Source: Callorhinchus milii (Eukaryota). Taken from it: a stretch of 64,000 nt of DNA. A program made the translations under genes and the position numbers. Location of the stretch: positions 90,522,001 to 90,586,000 of the forward strand of contig NW_024704743.1 of NCBI RefSeq assembly GCF_018977255.1, read 5' to 3'. The notes beneath the pieces were generated by a model that was given only the letters and a program-made list of their open reading frames with translations, had not been told where the DNA came from and did no database searches. Shown piece after piece: positions 51,785-64,000 of the stretch. Numbering within the stretch: position 1 is the stretch's first letter; each line of letters starts with the position of its first letter.

Positions 51785-52751
51785 AAAGGCATTGTACACT
51801 GAAAACAGACACATGTTTCCACTTTTTTGGTAATATATCTATGCTCCTTGCTCCACAAACACCATAATCCTTTTCCTCTATCCTGAGGAAACAATCTGTT
51901 TCTGGGCATGTGCCAATGTCATTTTTATACTGGTTTCTGGAGGCCGATGAGAATAGTGGGATGAGGCACTATGTGATTTAACCTTTCTTTACTGAAGTAC
52001 AATACAGTTGTGCTTCCCATATCCAAGAAAAGTGATCAAGAAAATGAGCCTTTTCTGTAGTTTTTAAAAAAATAATTTACAGAAATTGGCTGTAATTTAA
52101 AAGTTTATCAAATTCTGCACACTTTAAAATACTAGTCAATCTGGACTCGGATGGTCGTTTACTCCATCATTATTTAAAGTAATTGGTTATAGCACAAGAG
52201 GGAAGTCTTGTTGCATGATGAGAATGATTTGGGAGGTGTTGTAAATTGCAATAAGGACAGCAAAAAATTGCGAGATATAGACAAATTACACAAAGGAGTG
52301 GAACTGTAGAAGATGAAGTTTAAGGTATCGAAGTGTGAGGCACAACACGGGACACTAGAATGGCAGATGGGAATATTCTACATGGTGAAGCACTAGTTGG
52401 GAGAGATGAGCAAAGGGATTTAGGTTTCAGGGCACGTAAATGATTAAAATCAAGTTCATCAGTGCAGAGCACAATCAATTGGGTAGTCGGATGCAAAAAT
52501 ATAACAAGAATCTGGCAGATAAAAGTAAGAAAGTGCTGCTCTAGTTGTACAGCCCTCCAGTCAGATCTCATTTGGAGCAGTGTGTTCAGTTTAAGGCACA
52601 GATTCTGAGGATCAAACCAGCCTTGACGGGGATCCAGCAATAATTCACTTAAATTCACATGGGTTTAGCCTGAAGCCTCCAGGCCAAACACGAGGAGATT
52701 TTTTTTGTCCAAGAGAGTGTGAATTTTGGCTTTCCCCTGCAGATTAACCCT

Positions 52752-53200
52752 GGGTTACCTGGAGAGAGAGCTGGAGTGGGTTACCAGGTGAGAGAGCTGG
52801 AGTGGGTTACCTGGAGAGAGAGCTGGAGTGGGTTACCAGGTGAGAGAGCTGGAGTGGGTTACCAGGTGAGAGAGCTGGAGTGGGTTACCAGGTGAGAGAG
52901 CTGGAGTGGGTTACCAGGTGAGAGAGCTGGAGTGGGTTACCAGGTGAGAGAGCTGGAGTGGGTTACCAGGTGAGAGAGCTGGAGTGGGTTACCAGGTGAG
53001 AGAGCTGGAGTGGGTTACCAGGTGAGAGAGCTGGAGTGGGTTACCTGGAGAGAGCTGGAGTGGGTTACCAGGTGAGAGAGCTGGAGTGGGTTACCTGGAG
53101 AGAGAGCTGGAGTGGGTTACCAGGTGAGAGAGCTGGAGTGGGTTACCAGGTGAGAGAGCTGGAGTGGGTTACCAGGTGAGAGAGCTGGAGTGGGTTACCA
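52752..53200. repeat. 26-bp minisatellite, about 17 copies (GGGTTACCAGGTGAGAGAGCTGGAGT), within a decayed CR1
   Basis: Period 26 read directly; two unit variants. Confidence 0.95.
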
Positions 53201-56200
53201 CTCACTGATGGTGTAATGGGCAAATGAAAAGGTGGGTATTTCATAAGGATAAGATGAAATGGACTGAAGGGTATTCTTCATCTGAGCCAATCTTGTGAAA
53301 GCATCTTCCTGTCTCAGCTCTCTGAATTCTTAGGATCCTCTGCATTCTGTCCCAGATTTGACAGTAGTTTTTTCGTCTTGCCTGCATTGTAGAAAGCCTG
53401 TCACCAGATTCATATTTTCGAGGACTGTATTCAACCAGTGGAAGAAGCCAAGTACCAAATGTGTTCAGTGACGTGAAGAGAAATACGTCTCTGGGAGCCC
53501 TGAGGAGAGGATCAGAATTGAAATATTATCTCCAATCTGCACCTCCAGCTCATAAACCTCACCTCACTGTCAAATGTCAGGATTATTATTATAAAAAGAT
53601 TGATAACAATAGGACCCTAACTTTTAAAATGATTGCCTGTATATATATATCACCTATACTGAAATCACTTGACTGTAGTACATATTGCCACTTCAGACTG
53701 AGTTCTGTCAGGTTGTACAAAGTTCTGGATTTTTATATTTGTTTTTCTAAAGCTCTTTTAGGAACACTGGGCTGACATTGCTCCCTCAACTCATCTCAGC
53801 AAGAATGCAGTTGAGTAAACTAGGGCACTTTTTAGTGTGGGAAGCTGGTTACACAGTGACTAAAGCACTAAAACATATCTGACTTCCAGGCTGCCAATAT
53901 CACTTTCTGCGTGTTATACTCAGGAAGTCCTACTGACACCAATTTCACGGAGGAGGACTTATATATCGCAGCTTCTGAGATATATAACCCAGAAGTCAAT
54001 ATTGCATTATAATGAAGTCGCTCTGTTGTACTGTTTTTCTGACGGAGAACGTATCTGTAGTGGTCCATTTGTCAGTGTTCTTCCAGTCTGTTGTTAACAC
54101 ATTATGTCACCACTGAAAATTAAAGTACATAACCCAAGCACATTCTCTACAGCTAGTTGCTGCCCCCAGTAAGAGCTGCTGCAACACCTCAGTGCAAAGA
54201 AATGTATTTGTTTTCAAAGAGAAGAACACCACACCGGGGTGCTGGGAAGTAAATGAGTCTTCATGCCATGTGTTACTCACACAGATCAATCAGATTGATA
54301 TGAATTTACCAGAAGTAAGCTGGTGAGTAACACAGGAATTCTTTGAGCACAAAATGTATTGACCTGCTTGAAGATCTGGGCCAGACGACAAGAATGTGTG
54401 AAGGGAATCTATTTGTTGCAGATGGGAAATGTAAGCAGAAGAGACATCTGCACACAGCGTGTTCTAACCAATGACTAATTTTACTGCAGACATCAAGTCC
54501 CATTTAACTCATATTAATTTGCTCTTGAAAATGAATTGCGGGGATTTGGATACATCTCAGTGCAATACCTGCAACCAGAAATCTCATATAAGAATGGGGG
54601 ATTGCAAATGGGATAATCACAGACAGATTATGGTCTCGACTTGCACCTTTTGTCTTGTGAATGTTGGATTAATAATAATAATCCTTGCATTTGATATAGT
54701 ACCTTATCATGTTATAAAAAACATCTAAGCACTTTGCAGGATTTACTATGGAATGAAAATATACAGTCAATTCACTTTACAGTATATCCTGTGAAACGTT
54801 TTGAGACGTCTCGAAGATGTGATAAGGCACTGTATCAAATGCATGTATTATTATTAGTTACTGTATATTTTGCAGGAAAATTCTTAGATTGTGAGATTTG
54901 GGGACTCCAGAGCATGTGTTGGGGTACTGCTACAACAAATATTACACAGCTCCTTATTGTGAACACTGTCTGGTAAGCTTCCTGCTGCTTCTGCAGTTAG
55001 AACCATCCTACTCATTAGGGCTTTGGTTTGATGGGTTGCAGGAGCCAGATGATAGCATTGAGCCAACATTCATTATTGCACCAGAGAATCCTAGCACTGA
55101 AGCACTTCCATTAAGGACAGTCGCAAATTACAATTTACAATTACAATTCACATATGACTTACATGTCAGGCCAACACAGCACCACACAGCTGAATGGGAG
55201 CCCAAGCTTGGTAGGTGAGGGTGGGGGGGTGGTTGGGGGAGTTGGGTGGCATGGGAGAAGTGACCAAAAGCACAGCCAAAAAAAGATAGGTCTTAGGGTG
55301 GATTTTGAAGGTGGGGAGGAAGGGGATATAGGTAGAGTTCCTGCTCTGTCCCCTTTGGTTTCACATTCCCCACTGTTATTCTTTCATTTAGGAAGTATCC
55401 AATGGGTCATGTACAAAAGCTGCATGGAAAAGTTTATTTTAATAAAGATCAAACATGAAAGCCAAAATATACATAAACAGCATTGGAAAACTTGAAGCCA
55501 TGTCTTAGTATATCTAGCAGTTTGTCAGTTTTAAGCATGTGTGTAATTCACAACACAAATCAAACAATAATACCACCAACTGCGAGCATGTTCATATGGA
55601 AATATGTGCCGATTTTTACAAAGGAAAAAATCCTCAAGGTAACCTGACTTTCAATGCATTCACAGACAATTTTCAAACCATGGTATCGTTTATAAAAACA
55701 GTCTCACTATCAGTGGTGTCCTTCCACAGACTTGTGTAATCTAACAAAGTGCCACATTTCCAGGATATTGTGAAATAATGGCATTGACCTGATGTAGTAA
55801 ATTTACAGAAATGAAGTCCACCCATCCAATTCCTCTCATCTAACAATACATTTGCTTCTTGCTTGTTGTTAGGACGTTTGGAATCATAAGAGAGAAGTCA
55901 AACACAAATTACCAGAACACAAGATGAAAGAGAAAAGACTCCGGTGTATGGTGCATGTTCTCTTTACAGGTCACCTTGAATTTGCATTGTTAGAGATTAT
56001 CAGCCTGTCTCAGTTGGTAACATTCTCACCTCTGAGTCAGGATTTTGAATATACAGTCAAAGGTGACATTCAAACACAGTGCTAGGGGTATGCTGCATTA
56101 CTATCCATCGAATGAGATGTTGAACCAATGTCCCAAGGTATTATTATTAAACACTAGCAATATTTTCCTTAAGTCGCTTTCTTACTTAAAGAAAGAGTTT

Positions 56201-56714
56201 TAATTTGGGATTCCGTCACACTCTAGTGCTGTGCGAGGCTGTAAGAGGGAGGTTCTGATCTTATGAACCATTTCTGTTTGTATCACACAAGATTGGTTTG
56301 AATGAAGCAGGTTCTTTGACCCAACCTAGCATCCTCCAATTGGAGAGAGGTTAATTGGGAAGTATTCAAGATCAAATGAGTCCTACTTCCAAACTCTGTC
56401 TACACCTCATGTGAGAAAGTGACCCAAATTATAATTGTGTCATGCAACCGACCTGTGCAAAGCGGTCTCTATCTACCTCTTCAAGTGTATCTTATATGCA
56501 CCCTTATTCATCATTTAATGGGTTACAGTAAAAGTAAAGGGTTGGGTAAATGGAACTGAAGAGATTGCTCTTAAAAGAGTTAGTATAGACATGATAGGCC
56601 AAATGGCCATCTTCTGGGCTGTAAACTTCTATGGTTCTAGTCATAGCATCAAACTGATTCTAGACTAAGTTTAATGGCCTGACCACTCTTCCTGTTCCAG
56701 TTGTTAATTACCCT

Positions 56715-57055
56715 TTGATTACCTCCCTGCCTCTCCGACCTCCTCACTCTCCGATCCACCATCCGGCACCTCCACTTTACTGGCACCGGCCTCCTGCTTG
56801 TCCCTTGCACCCTCCACCATCGGAGGTCATGCTTTCAGCCACTACGCGCCGATGCTCTGGAACACTCTCCCTCAATCCCTCCACCTTGCCCCCTCTCAGC
56901 CTCCTTCAGGTCCCACCTGAAGATTTTCCTTTTCAACCGTGCTTATGGCCATCTTCCCCCTCCCCACCGCTGGGAGTCAGGCTCCACCACTGTTAAGCAC
57001 TCTGAAATGCTACCCTGTGTGGAGGGCGCTGTATAAGTACAAGTTGTGGTGTTGA
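56715..57055 (+). mobile_element. L2 3' end fragment
   Basis: Aligns by eye with the 3' ends of the L2 copies at 5032-5380 and 10700-10927. Confidence 0.8.
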
Positions 57056-57939
57056 TTTGCCTCTGACCATCTGCCTAACCACAAATAACATTGTTTTGCC
57101 ACTAACAGCTGAAAAAAAATCTCTGGGCTTAATCTTGTGCAAATTCCAGTCTTGTTTCTTGTTAGTTTTCTGTAAGTATTTCCTGACAGGCAGGTAATCA
57201 TTAAATACTTTTTTACCGGATGAAATTGTACAAGTTATACTCAAGATATTTTAAATACTGTGGCCCTATTGTGGCCTTTATTGTAGGGCTGATAGGGCTT
57301 CTATTTTACAGGATGAAATCATACAATTTATACTCTTGTTATTTAAGTTTAAAGTGAATTATCTTGCTTTTTTCCCCCAATCTGCAGTCCAATGACATCA
57401 TGGTCTGAATGATAATAATCCTTGCATTTGACAGAGTGCTTTATCTGGTTGTGAAAGAGCTTCACAAGATTTACTGTAAAAGTGCATTGACTGTTTGTAG
57501 ATGAAAGCGACAGCCAATTTACACACAATGATGACCTACAAACAATCATGGAGTGAGTGACCGTTTTTATCTGGGGAATGTTGGCCAGGACACTGGGAGA
57601 AACTGCCTTCGCTTTTGAAATAGTGCCGTGAGATCTTTAATGTCCAAATAAACAGGCAAACAGGATGTCAATTTAACATTTCAACCAGAAGGGTGGCATC
57701 TGCAACAATGTTGCTCTGCCCTAACACTATATTGAAGTATCAGCCTAGGGTGTGAGTTCAAACTTCCAATGTAGGGCTTGAAACCCCAACTCTTGCCTCA
57801 GAAATTAGAGTGCCTCTACCTGAGGCAGCCTGACACCTTTACAAACCATTGTAAAATCATGCAATTTTAGATTTGGCAAAATAACGTATTCAATAAACAT
57901 ATGTTTACTATTTCATTTGATGCAACTGTATGGTAACAA

Positions 57940-58190
57940 ACATAAGAACATAAGAAATGCTAGTCGAAAAAAGACCAACATCCATCTTTCTGGTGGTCGC
58001 ATGCACATATGTCCCAAACTTCCTATGTACTACATCCCATAATGTTATTTCCAAAAGAAAACCATCTAATCGGTGTTTGAAAGAATCAACACTTCCTGCT
58101 TCAACCGTCGCCCTAGGGAGCCTGTTCCACAGGTTCACTATTCGCTCACTGAAATAGTGTTTGCGTAGATTTGTTCTGAATTTCCTCCCT
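57940..58190 (-). mobile_element. CR1 3' fragment
   Basis: NLWNRLPRATVEAGSVDSFKHRLD; aacataagaacataagaa tail. Confidence 0.8.
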
Positions 58191-61100
58191 GCAATCGCAG
58201 AACAAAGGCCATTTCAGACCTATCCTTTCCATATTGAGTCCCTTATTTACTCTACATGTCAAAGCTGATATAATTTACGCACAGGTTCACATCTCAATCT
58301 GTTTCTACCATTTAGGCAATTCTAAGCAAACAGTTTAACACTTCAGAAGATAAGCTTTATTCATTGATTTGTATATAGAATGACCCACAAGGACATATCC
58401 AGGTCCCACTGCACGACATGTAAAGATAAAACACGATTGGTTCCATATTTTCTGAAGTGCCCATGGAAATGTTTAAGTATTAACAGCTGCTGAGCCCTGA
58501 CCTGTGCTTGTGAATGAGATCCCAGCTTCGCTTAGAGCCTTGGTATCCCTTTCACCATTTTATAAAATTGAACAAGAAGAAAATTTGGAGCACAGCAGGT
58601 TAGGAAGCGTTAAAGCTCATTTCTTTATTCAGCTAGAGATTTTCCTGGATTTACCAGTTACTGAGCCCACCTCAGTGATTTGCTGTTACTCTAACAGTGG
58701 GTGTATATACATCTGAGCCTCTGTCCTCCAACAATGGGATTGAAGTTTTTTTTATTTAGTTAGTCGTGTGTCTAACACATGTGGAAACCCATCACCATGT
58801 TTAGATGTATCCAAACCAAACTGAGATCCGTGTATGCCTCCTACACATCTAAATTCCTGTGTCTAGAACAGAATACGCACTCTCTCCCCAGACGGAATCA
58901 TCCTGCTTACCTAATTCTAGAAAGTATTAGGCACAGGTTGGCAAGAGCCAAGGCTTGGGGACCCCAGAATGTGTGTTAGACATCGCTTAAGCAATCGGTT
59001 AAGAACTGGGGTATTGTATAATAATACAAACAATTATCATGATAATTTGGTCACTCAATCCACAACTCTTTGTGGGACACTCCTGTGCGCAATTGGCTGC
59101 CACGTTTCACCCACACAATATAAGTCACTACACGTTACAGTATATTCTGTGAAGTGCTTTCAGATGTCTTGAAAATGTGATAAGGTGCTACATCAAATGC
59201 AAGGATTATTATTATTATTATTAGGATACTGCTGGAGTTTAATCAGCTAACACTGCATATCTTGCGATTGAAAGCACTGTCTGGCAAGCTTTCCACTGGT
59301 TGTCCGGCTCGGATCACCCTATCTGTTAGGGCATTGTTTTGCAGGATTAGCAGGAGCTGAGTGGGAAGAATCCCCACCACCAGAATGTGGTATTTGCAAA
59401 CCAGACATTTTTTATTATCATTATTATAATAACAATCACGTGAATCACCAGGACCACCTCCACTAAGAGAAAATCCAAGATGGGTTTGGATTAAGCCATT
59501 GGGCCGGAGTCGGGGGTAGGGGAAGGTGCTAAGTATCATACCTTTTACCAGTTGAAGATTGGTTTGTTCTATTTTTGACCAGTTGATAAACTATTCATTA
59601 AAGGACAAATATCAATTATGTGAGGCAGCTGAATAGAGCAGTGCCCTGCCGTCCAGAGATTCTTGCCTATTATTGTGTAAATAGAGCCAAGTATGAGAGG
59701 CCAAGTCTAAAGTTTCATCTTCTGAATTCAGGGTGCATATACAGCCCTAAATACACTGACAAAAATGAATCTGCCAATGTTGCTGAGACATTCTTTCATG
59801 ATACACTGTTACGACTTGCATGAGTGCATCCGGATGAATGATGCTGTGTTAAAACATAAGTCTTATTGTCAGCTGCTCTCTTACCAAACAGCCTCTAACC
59901 AGTTTATCAAAGACATTGTTATTATTCTGAACATTCTTCCACTGCGATTTGTTCCGTTTCAGAAAATTTCAATGTGAAAGTTATACTTAATCACTTCACT
60001 ACACAGAGCGCCACTTCCCATGGTAAAGTAATTGAAGGCACTAGATTTTATTGAAGTATTGAAGCATTTAATGCTGGCATTAGGCACTCTTATCTTTTTC
60101 TTTGAGTGTTTGTGATACCGAGAAAGGGAAATTACACACCCAGGATAATGGAAAATATAGACACCGCTAGAGTTTTTAGAAATGTTAAACTTTGAACCAT
60201 AATAATCATAAAATAATAATCCTTGCATTTGATATAATGCTTTTCATGTTGGGAGCATGTCTCAAAGCACTCCACATGATTCACTGTAAAGTGCAGTGCT
60301 TGTGTATGTTGTAGGCAAATGTGGTAGCCAATTTGCACACAGCAATATCCCACAAACAGCCATGAAGTGAATTTATCTGGGGGATTATTGGAGAAAGCCC
60401 CTTCTCTTTTTGTGTAATGCCATGGGATCTTTAACATCCACCTGAACAGGCAGATTTAAGGCCTCATCTGGATAGTACCTGGACTTGACACAGTTGACCA
60501 GTCACCGGGAGCAGGGATTCTTCTGATTTTGTTAGTCTGCCAGCTAAAGCCATAACTGAAGGGTCGGTCTGGCTGGTGAAACAGTAGGAAGCTTACTGGA
60601 CAGTGCTCTCAATGTCAAGTTGCAGTTTTAATTGGTTAAAATGCTATAATATCCCATCACATGATCTGGGTCCACAAGCCATGGCTCTTGCCAACCTGTG
60701 CCTAAACTCTCCAGGATTAGCCATGTTACAATAGGAAATCTTTTTTTTAAATTGGGGCTTGAACCCACAACCTTCTGACTCAGAGGAAAGAGTGCTTCCA
60801 ACTGAGCCTGGCTAACGTTTAACAGGTTGACAACAACAACAAATTACTTTTGTATAGCGCCTTTCACGTCAGGAGGATGTGCTAAGGCATTGGGCAGTCA
60901 GGGATATGTTGACAGATGGAAACCCATTGCTTAAGAGTAATCAAACCAGTTTGAAAGTTATACATTTGCATGTCAGATACACATGGAAATTTGCTAGAAC
61001 AGACTGTGCACTCTCTCCCAGTATTCTCCCAATATTAAAGGACTGCAGACCCACCTAGCTCAGGAACTTGACTACCGAGGACAGACTCAATTCTGACATT

Positions 61101-63141
61101 CCATTGCCAAACATGTCATTTTATAACCAGCTCAGTTACAAGCAGACCTCGCTTACCTCCTTCAAGGAGGATAATGATTATCATAGATGAAAATACAAAG
61201 AAGAAAGCCATGTCACATTTCTTAGCACACTGATCTGCAGGTATAGGTAATGGAAAAATATCTGGATGGTATATAATGCATACAAATGCATTAAAAATCC
61301 CTAGGGCTACCAGGACGAGCTTTCATTATGCTAACAAAGTATACAGTGTATTATTTTAAAGGTGCTTAGATCTGTAAAGGGCTTGAGGGTGAAATATATC
61401 ATCTGCAGTACTAGGTTCAAAATGTTAACCAGCTTGTCAGTGCATCGCTGAATTAAATTAACTTCTGGATGATTAACTTTCATCTGAAGTCAACCATTCA
61501 CAAAGGGGGGTGAAATTCATAGTTTCCGATGGGATTCGCTTACAGTGACTCAGAGCTGCCAAAGGGAAGCAGCCAGTTACTGGCAGTATTTCAGGTGACT
61601 GGCAAGCACTACCAAGGCACTGGAAGTAGATTGTCGGGTTCCTGTGAAGTGACTGTGATGTACTGCTAGTTACTGCCAATCTTTGACAATAGCAACTCTG
61701 ATTTAGTAGTGAAACCTGTCAAGAATCACAACTTTTGTGACCTCATTTTTTTCATTAATTCAGTCAGTGTTTCTAAAATATTATATGTATATATCAGCAC
61801 AAATTGATCCATTTTAGTTTACTGCTCATATTTTCAGAAGAATCTTTAGTTAAAAATAAGTGCTTGGTTTCCTTGTCTTCTCTGGAAGATATAAAATAAT
61901 ATAAAATAAAAACAGAGGTCGCTGGGAACACACAGATGGTCAGGCAGCATCAGTGGAGAGAGAAAATGAGTTAACGTTTCAAGTCTATGATCTTTTGTCA
62001 GAACTGGGGGATGTTGGAAGGGAGCAGATTATAAGCACAAATAGAAAAGGGGGCGGGGAAGGAAAGATAACGGAAAAATTTAGGTGGAGGACAGAAAATG
62101 ACAAGATCAGGGGTGTTGATGGTACAAGTCAAAAGAAGGCAATAGTGGGAGATTATAAAAAGAGAAGATGCGTCTGAGACCCATAGGATGTGTGAGTGGT
62201 TACAGAAGAAGGGGGTGGGGAGGCAAGGCTGAGAGAAAATGGGAGCTCTGTTTAAGGTCTGAATGTGAATTGAAATGTCTCTTTTGATTCATTGATCTCA
62301 GAAAGCTAATGCATTCCTTTCTCATCTACCCCTCAACCCTTGATTGCTGACCCAAACTCTTGCACTGACATTTATCATGAAGCAAAAAAAAGTTGTCAAA
62401 ATGAAAATGCTCTTATTTCAAGGGAAAGTATGCCAAGGATGGTGTAACTATCTACATGCCGACTCTTGTACTGGCAGTTGGAAGTTTTGGCAGAGTGGAT
62501 GCACAGTGTGGTGCACTTAGCTCCATGCGTTGGATTGAAATTGAATGAAAAATAATAATAATAGTCCTTGCATTTGATATAGCGCCTTATCACATGATTG
62601 AGACATTCCAAGGTGCTTCACAGAATATACTGTAAAGTGGATTGACTGTGTATTTTTGTGGGCAAAATGTAGCAGCCAATTGTGCACAGCAATGTCCCAC
62701 AAACAGCGTTGAGTTAGTGATCAATTTTATTTGGGGGGGTTTGTTGCCAGGACACCAGGAGAAGCTCCTTTCTCTATTCAAATAGTGCCATAGGAAGATG
62801 GGACCTCAGTTTAATGTCTCATCTGATCTGAAAATATGCATTCCATTTCAGAAATGGGAACTTCCATGTGTAAATGGCGTGCATATATGGAACCCTCAGT
62901 CTGGTTTGGATCCAGGCACCATGATGGGTCAAACATGTGTCCGACACCCGGCTGACTAAACAAAATATTCAAGAGCATTGGAAACATCTCCAAGCTCTTC
63001 ATGGGTAATTACTTTCAAGTGTAGTGACTGTTTCTATAAGCAAACACAGGAGCCATTTGAGCTCATCAAATATTATGATGAGGTGAATGATCAATTAATT
63101 TGTAGGATTGTTGGTTAGGACACTATTTGCTAAGCAAATGT

Positions 63142-63460
63142 GTGGAGTCCTGTAGCTCAGTGATTAGAGCACTCGCCTTGCAAGCGAGAAATCTGAGTTC
63201 AATTCCCAGCCGGGGAAACCTTGGGCAAGTTTCCTTAATCTGCACGCCTGATAATAATCCTTCAAGAAAAAAAAACAATAATAAATTGGTCACTTCAATC
63301 CACGACCGTTTGTGGGACACTGCTGTGTGCAATTGGCTGCCGCATTTCACCCACATCTATACAGTCAATTCACTTTACAATATATTCTGTGAAGCGCTTT
63401 GAGACGTCTAGAAGACTTGAAAAGCGCTATATCAAATGCTAGGATTATTATTATTATTAT
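63142..63460 (+). mobile_element. tRNA-Ala/Deu SINE, full length
   Basis: Full head, body and tail. Confidence 0.9.
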
Positions 63461-64000
63461 AAATGACTTGATTAAAAAAACTTTAATCATAATTTATTGG
63501 TATTTCTGGCCACGAGAAACTTGACGTGTTTTAAGCAATTGTCAACTATTGTGACCCAAAGTCCCAACAATATAAGGAATCTCTGTAGGCAAAATAATAT
63601 TAATTATTCAGTGTCAGTTTGCATTTGCCATTTAGATGTTAAACACCAAACAGCTTTGAAGAATTATTATGTTTTTATTGTCATTTTGTCAGTATCTAAA
63701 TAAAAGCACTGAAATCTCATCTTCTGAGGCCACATATAGAAAGAAGGTAATAATATTAGGACAGATCTATTCACAGGTGAAAAATATTAAAGAATAAATC
63801 ACTTAATTGTTCCAATCTGCCATTTCTACTTGTTCGGTGTATTGACTTCTAGTTTCAATGCGTTCAGTCCTGTAACCAATTTTGTGCTATTTGATTCAAT
63901 GTTTCTACTTTTAACTAATTCCCTCAGGTTAGATTGACCTCAGAGGCCAGTCGACCAAATTGTGGAATCTGCAAAATGCAGGAACAACTATTTTAGGAAC

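Noticed and set aside
53390..54070. Possible exons of a neighbouring gene such as DIPK1C
   Set aside because: No recognisable homology or consistent exon chain in the short ORFs.

Overview
Repeat-dense vertebrate genomic DNA; the SINE, CR1, L2 and Penelope repertoire points to a cartilaginous fish (inference). The only protein-coding gene I can support is a complete CNDP2 (cytosolic non-specific dipeptidase, M20A family) on the minus strand. It has 11 coding exons from ATG at 37534 to TGA at 24088 (1425 nt, 474 aa), all GT-AG introns and intact metal-binding motifs. A CpG-rich probable promoter/non-coding first exon lies at about 43.9-44.1 kb. The rest is transposon-derived or tandem repeat: tRNA-Ala/Deu-domain SINEs with L2 tails, decayed L2 and CR1 LINEs, three solo LTRs, Penelope-type palindromes with decayed hammerhead cores, a pogo/Tigger-like MITE, probable Harbinger fossils and three tandem arrays. 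I found no convincing new multi-gene system. The strongest unexplained signals are a near-perfect inverted repeat bracketing the CNDP2 coding end, a sense solo LTR just upstream of the first coding exon, several short locally templated duplications that often interrupt SINEs, and an indel-free 20-bp periodic tract. Repeat family names come from pattern recognition only; no database search was possible.
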